NCBI RefSeq assembly: GCF_964355755.1
Contig: NC_092672.1
Span: forward strand, 1,116,001 to 1,180,000
Source: Antedon mediterranea
Taxonomy: Eukaryota > Animalia > Echinodermata
Length of the DNA stretch: 64,000 nucleotides
Reading direction: 5' to 3'
Positions within the stretch are counted from its first letter, which is position 1. Each line of letters starts with the position of its first letter. A program made the position numbers and the translations under genes. The notes under the pieces are model-generated. The model ran no database searches. It was not told the DNA's origin and saw only the letters and a program-made list of their open reading frames with translations. Shown in pieces: positions 61,820 to 64,000 of this stretch.

Positions 61820-62450
61820 CAACTAGGCCTATTTTATGGCTTGCCTGCCCTCTTATACTATATAGCTAGATTCCTATAGCCATCATAGGCTAGGCTTACC
61901 TACCAGTACCAATTGGTTAGAAATATAATCTAGCCTAATCTAAAGACCTAACGCTAGTACTACTACTTACTAGGCCTACCTAGGTAGGCTAGACTAGCTA
62001 GCAGTTAGTTTTAGCCAAGAGCAGCAGGGGAGGAGAGCTGGGCTGCTGTGACCTTGCTTGGCCTAGCAGGCATCCTAGCTAGCCTAGTAGTAGTAGTAGG
62101 GCCTAGCCTAGTTAGGCCTAGGCTACAGCAGGCTAGGCTCTAGCCTCTAACTAGGCCTAAGGCTAGGCTAGGTCTTGGTTAGGCTTACCTCAAATAGGCC
62201 TAGGCCTAGCCTACTACGAAATCTAGGTCACATAGTACCCTCCCTAGTAGTAGGCCTAGGCCTAGTACTAGCAGTAGGCCTCCTACCTACGCTTCTGTCT
62301 CTGAATGAAACATCATTCAAGATATTCAGAAGAACATATTTATACAAACAATCTTATATTATTATTAGGCCTACAGCTGGCCCGATCGATGTAGTTTACA
62401 GTATTTATCTTACATTGTCACAAAAGACTAGGCCTAGGCCTAGGCTACAT
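61820..62450. repeat. Low-complexity CTAG/AGGCCT-rich tract
   Basis: Same word composition as 38160-38640; adjacent to a CpG cluster at 62476-62575. Confidence 0.75.
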
Positions 62451-62832
62451 CAATATTATTATAAGATGTATTCTTGCGCGCTACACCCCATGTAAATTTT
62501 AAGAAAGTGAGAAAAAGGCGCCGCGCGCGTTACGTGTTGTGAAAAGTTTGGAAGTAGGAAAATGGTAGATGGCGCTATTTTCAAGGGTGATTTTTTTTTC
62601 TATTTACTATATAAAACAGAGTTAATTTTTAGATTATTATACAGATTTATCAAAATTTACTGATATTTTCCTTTTTTACATAATTCCACCTTATAGTACA
62701 TACAATTTTAAGATAAAAGATATAATTATTTTAAAATTTACAAAAAATGACACTTGCGTGCTGCGAAGTTTTCAAATATGTCAGTTATATACAATTTACA
62801 GATACGTCACTAACAGATTGAAAATTTTCTTA

Positions 62833-64000
62833 TTAGTAGAAGAATAATATATCTCTGTTTGAACGTTCTTTAGCTAGGTAATTCTTCACATCAACTGATA
62901 GATTGCAATTAATCATGGCAAGGTCCCTCAGCTTAGGACACATAATGAGTAATGAAGACATTGAATTAACATCAATGTTGTGAAGGTTATTACCAGAGAT
63001 ATCGAGAGATTCTAATGCTAATTGAATTTGTTTGTGAGAACATTCTGTACCCAAGTGATTGATGACGTCACCTGATAGATTGCAATCACTCATGTCAAGC
63101 CACCACAGCTCAGGAAACATAATGAGTAATGAAGACATTGAATTAACATCAATGTTGTGAAGGTTATTACCAGAGATAAAGAGATAACGTAATGCTAATT
63201 GAACTTGTTTGAGAGAACATTCTATACCCAAGTGATTGATGATGTCACCTGATAGATTGCAATCCTCCATGTCAAGCGACTCCAGCTTAGGACACATAAT
63301 GAGTAATGAAGACATTGAATTAACATCAAGGTTGTGAAGGTTATTAACAGAGATATTGAGAGAAACTAATGCTAATTGAACGTGTTTAAGAGAACATTCT
63401 GTACCCAAGTGATTGATGACGTCACCTGATAGATTGCAATCCCTCATGTAAAGCCTCCTCAGCTTAGGACACATAATGAGTAATGAAGACAATGAATGAA
63501 CATCAATGCTGTGAAGGTTATTACCAGAGATATCTAGAGATTCTAATGCTAAATGAACTCGTTTGAGAACGGACCCAGATAAGCTCGTTTTCAAAAATGG
63601 AAAAATGGTTTCTAGGAATTTTCTTTTAGGTTTGGTTCCATCTTTGCACTCTCTTATCACGTCATTCATTATATCACCTGATAAATGGCATTCTTTCAAA
63701 TTAAGTTCTGTCAGTTTAGGAAACTCAATCAAAGATCCAAGTGATCTGCTATTGATGTTGCTAAGATTGTTATTACAGATATCGAACTGCCCTGCTACTT
63801 GGAGACCCATTTTTAAGCACTCTCTGATTATTTGATTCATTACGTTACCTGATAGATTCTGAATCGTAACTTTGTCATATTTAGCTTCAATGCCTAAAAT
63901 GTGTGCAATAACTCTTCCCTTGCGATCCAATGCCATCCTACTACAAAAGGTATTTAATTTCAAGCTTTCATTAGGCTTATTTGTTTTTGCTTCAGTATAA
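62833..64000 (-). CDS. Ribonuclease-inhibitor-type LRR region, C-terminus of a probable NLR-like protein (partial; frame stays open to the window end)
   Basis: Alternating LxxLDISGNNL and LxxLxMxDCNL repeats; four 59-aa (177-bp) near-identical double-LRR units; no stop from 63999 to 62836. NLR identity is inferred because any NACHT domain would lie outside the window. Confidence 0.85.
   Translation of the reverse strand, partial: YTEAKTNKPNESLKLNTFCSRMALDRKGRVIAHILGIEAKYDKVTIQNLSGNVMNQIIRECLKMGLQVAGQFDICNNNLSNINSRSLGSLIEFPKLTELNLKECHLSGDIMNDVIRECKDGTKPKRKFLETIFPFLKTSLSGSVLKRVHLALESLDISGNNLHSIDVHSLSSLLIMCPKLRRLYMRDCNLSGDVINHLGTECSLKHVQLALVSLNISVNNLHNLDVNSMSSLLIMCPKLESLDMEDCNLSGDIINHLGIECSLKQVQLALRYLFISGNNLHNIDVNSMSSLLIMFPELWWLDMSDCNLSGDVINHLGTECSHKQIQLALESLDISGNNLHNIDVNSMSSLLIMCPKLRDLAMINCNLSVDVKNYLAKERSNRDILFFY

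Noticed and set aside
62175-62495. 106-aa ORF with a hydrophobic stretch
   Set aside because: A product of the CTAG/AGGCCT low-complexity tract; non-ATG start and no homology cues.

Overview
AT-rich eukaryotic (metazoan) DNA with GT-AG introns. It is probably from an invertebrate deuterostome such as an echinoderm; this is inferred from the Deu-domain SINE, gene content and repeat types. Six protein-coding loci were assembled by hand from splice sites and reading frame: (1) a class A peptide-receptor-like GPCR (- strand, runs off the window start); (2) an intronless 1017-aa somatomedin-B/family-B 7TM receptor (-); (3) an SH2D5 orthologue (PTB + SH2, 10 coding exons, -); (4) LEKR1 (13 coding exons, +), head-to-head with SH2D5; (5) class IA PI3K catalytic subunit PIK3CA (17 coding exons, +); (6) the LRR-encoding end of an NLR-like gene (-, runs off the window end). 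Introns and spacers hold LINE 3' fragments, tRNA-derived SINEs, several Harbinger-like MITE families and many minisatellites. The most unusual signal is repeated tandem duplication of exon/intron junctions. The clearest case is an 83-bp x11 array in SH2D5 that reads as ten perfect in-frame 18-nt AG/GT-bounded micro-exons. Also notable are hypervariable surface residues in near-identical LRR repeats, a MITE nested in an inverted copy of itself, an orphan laminin-EGF pseudo-exon and TAGGCCTA-rich tracts beside promoters. All coordinates were read manually and may be off by a few bases; no database searches were run.
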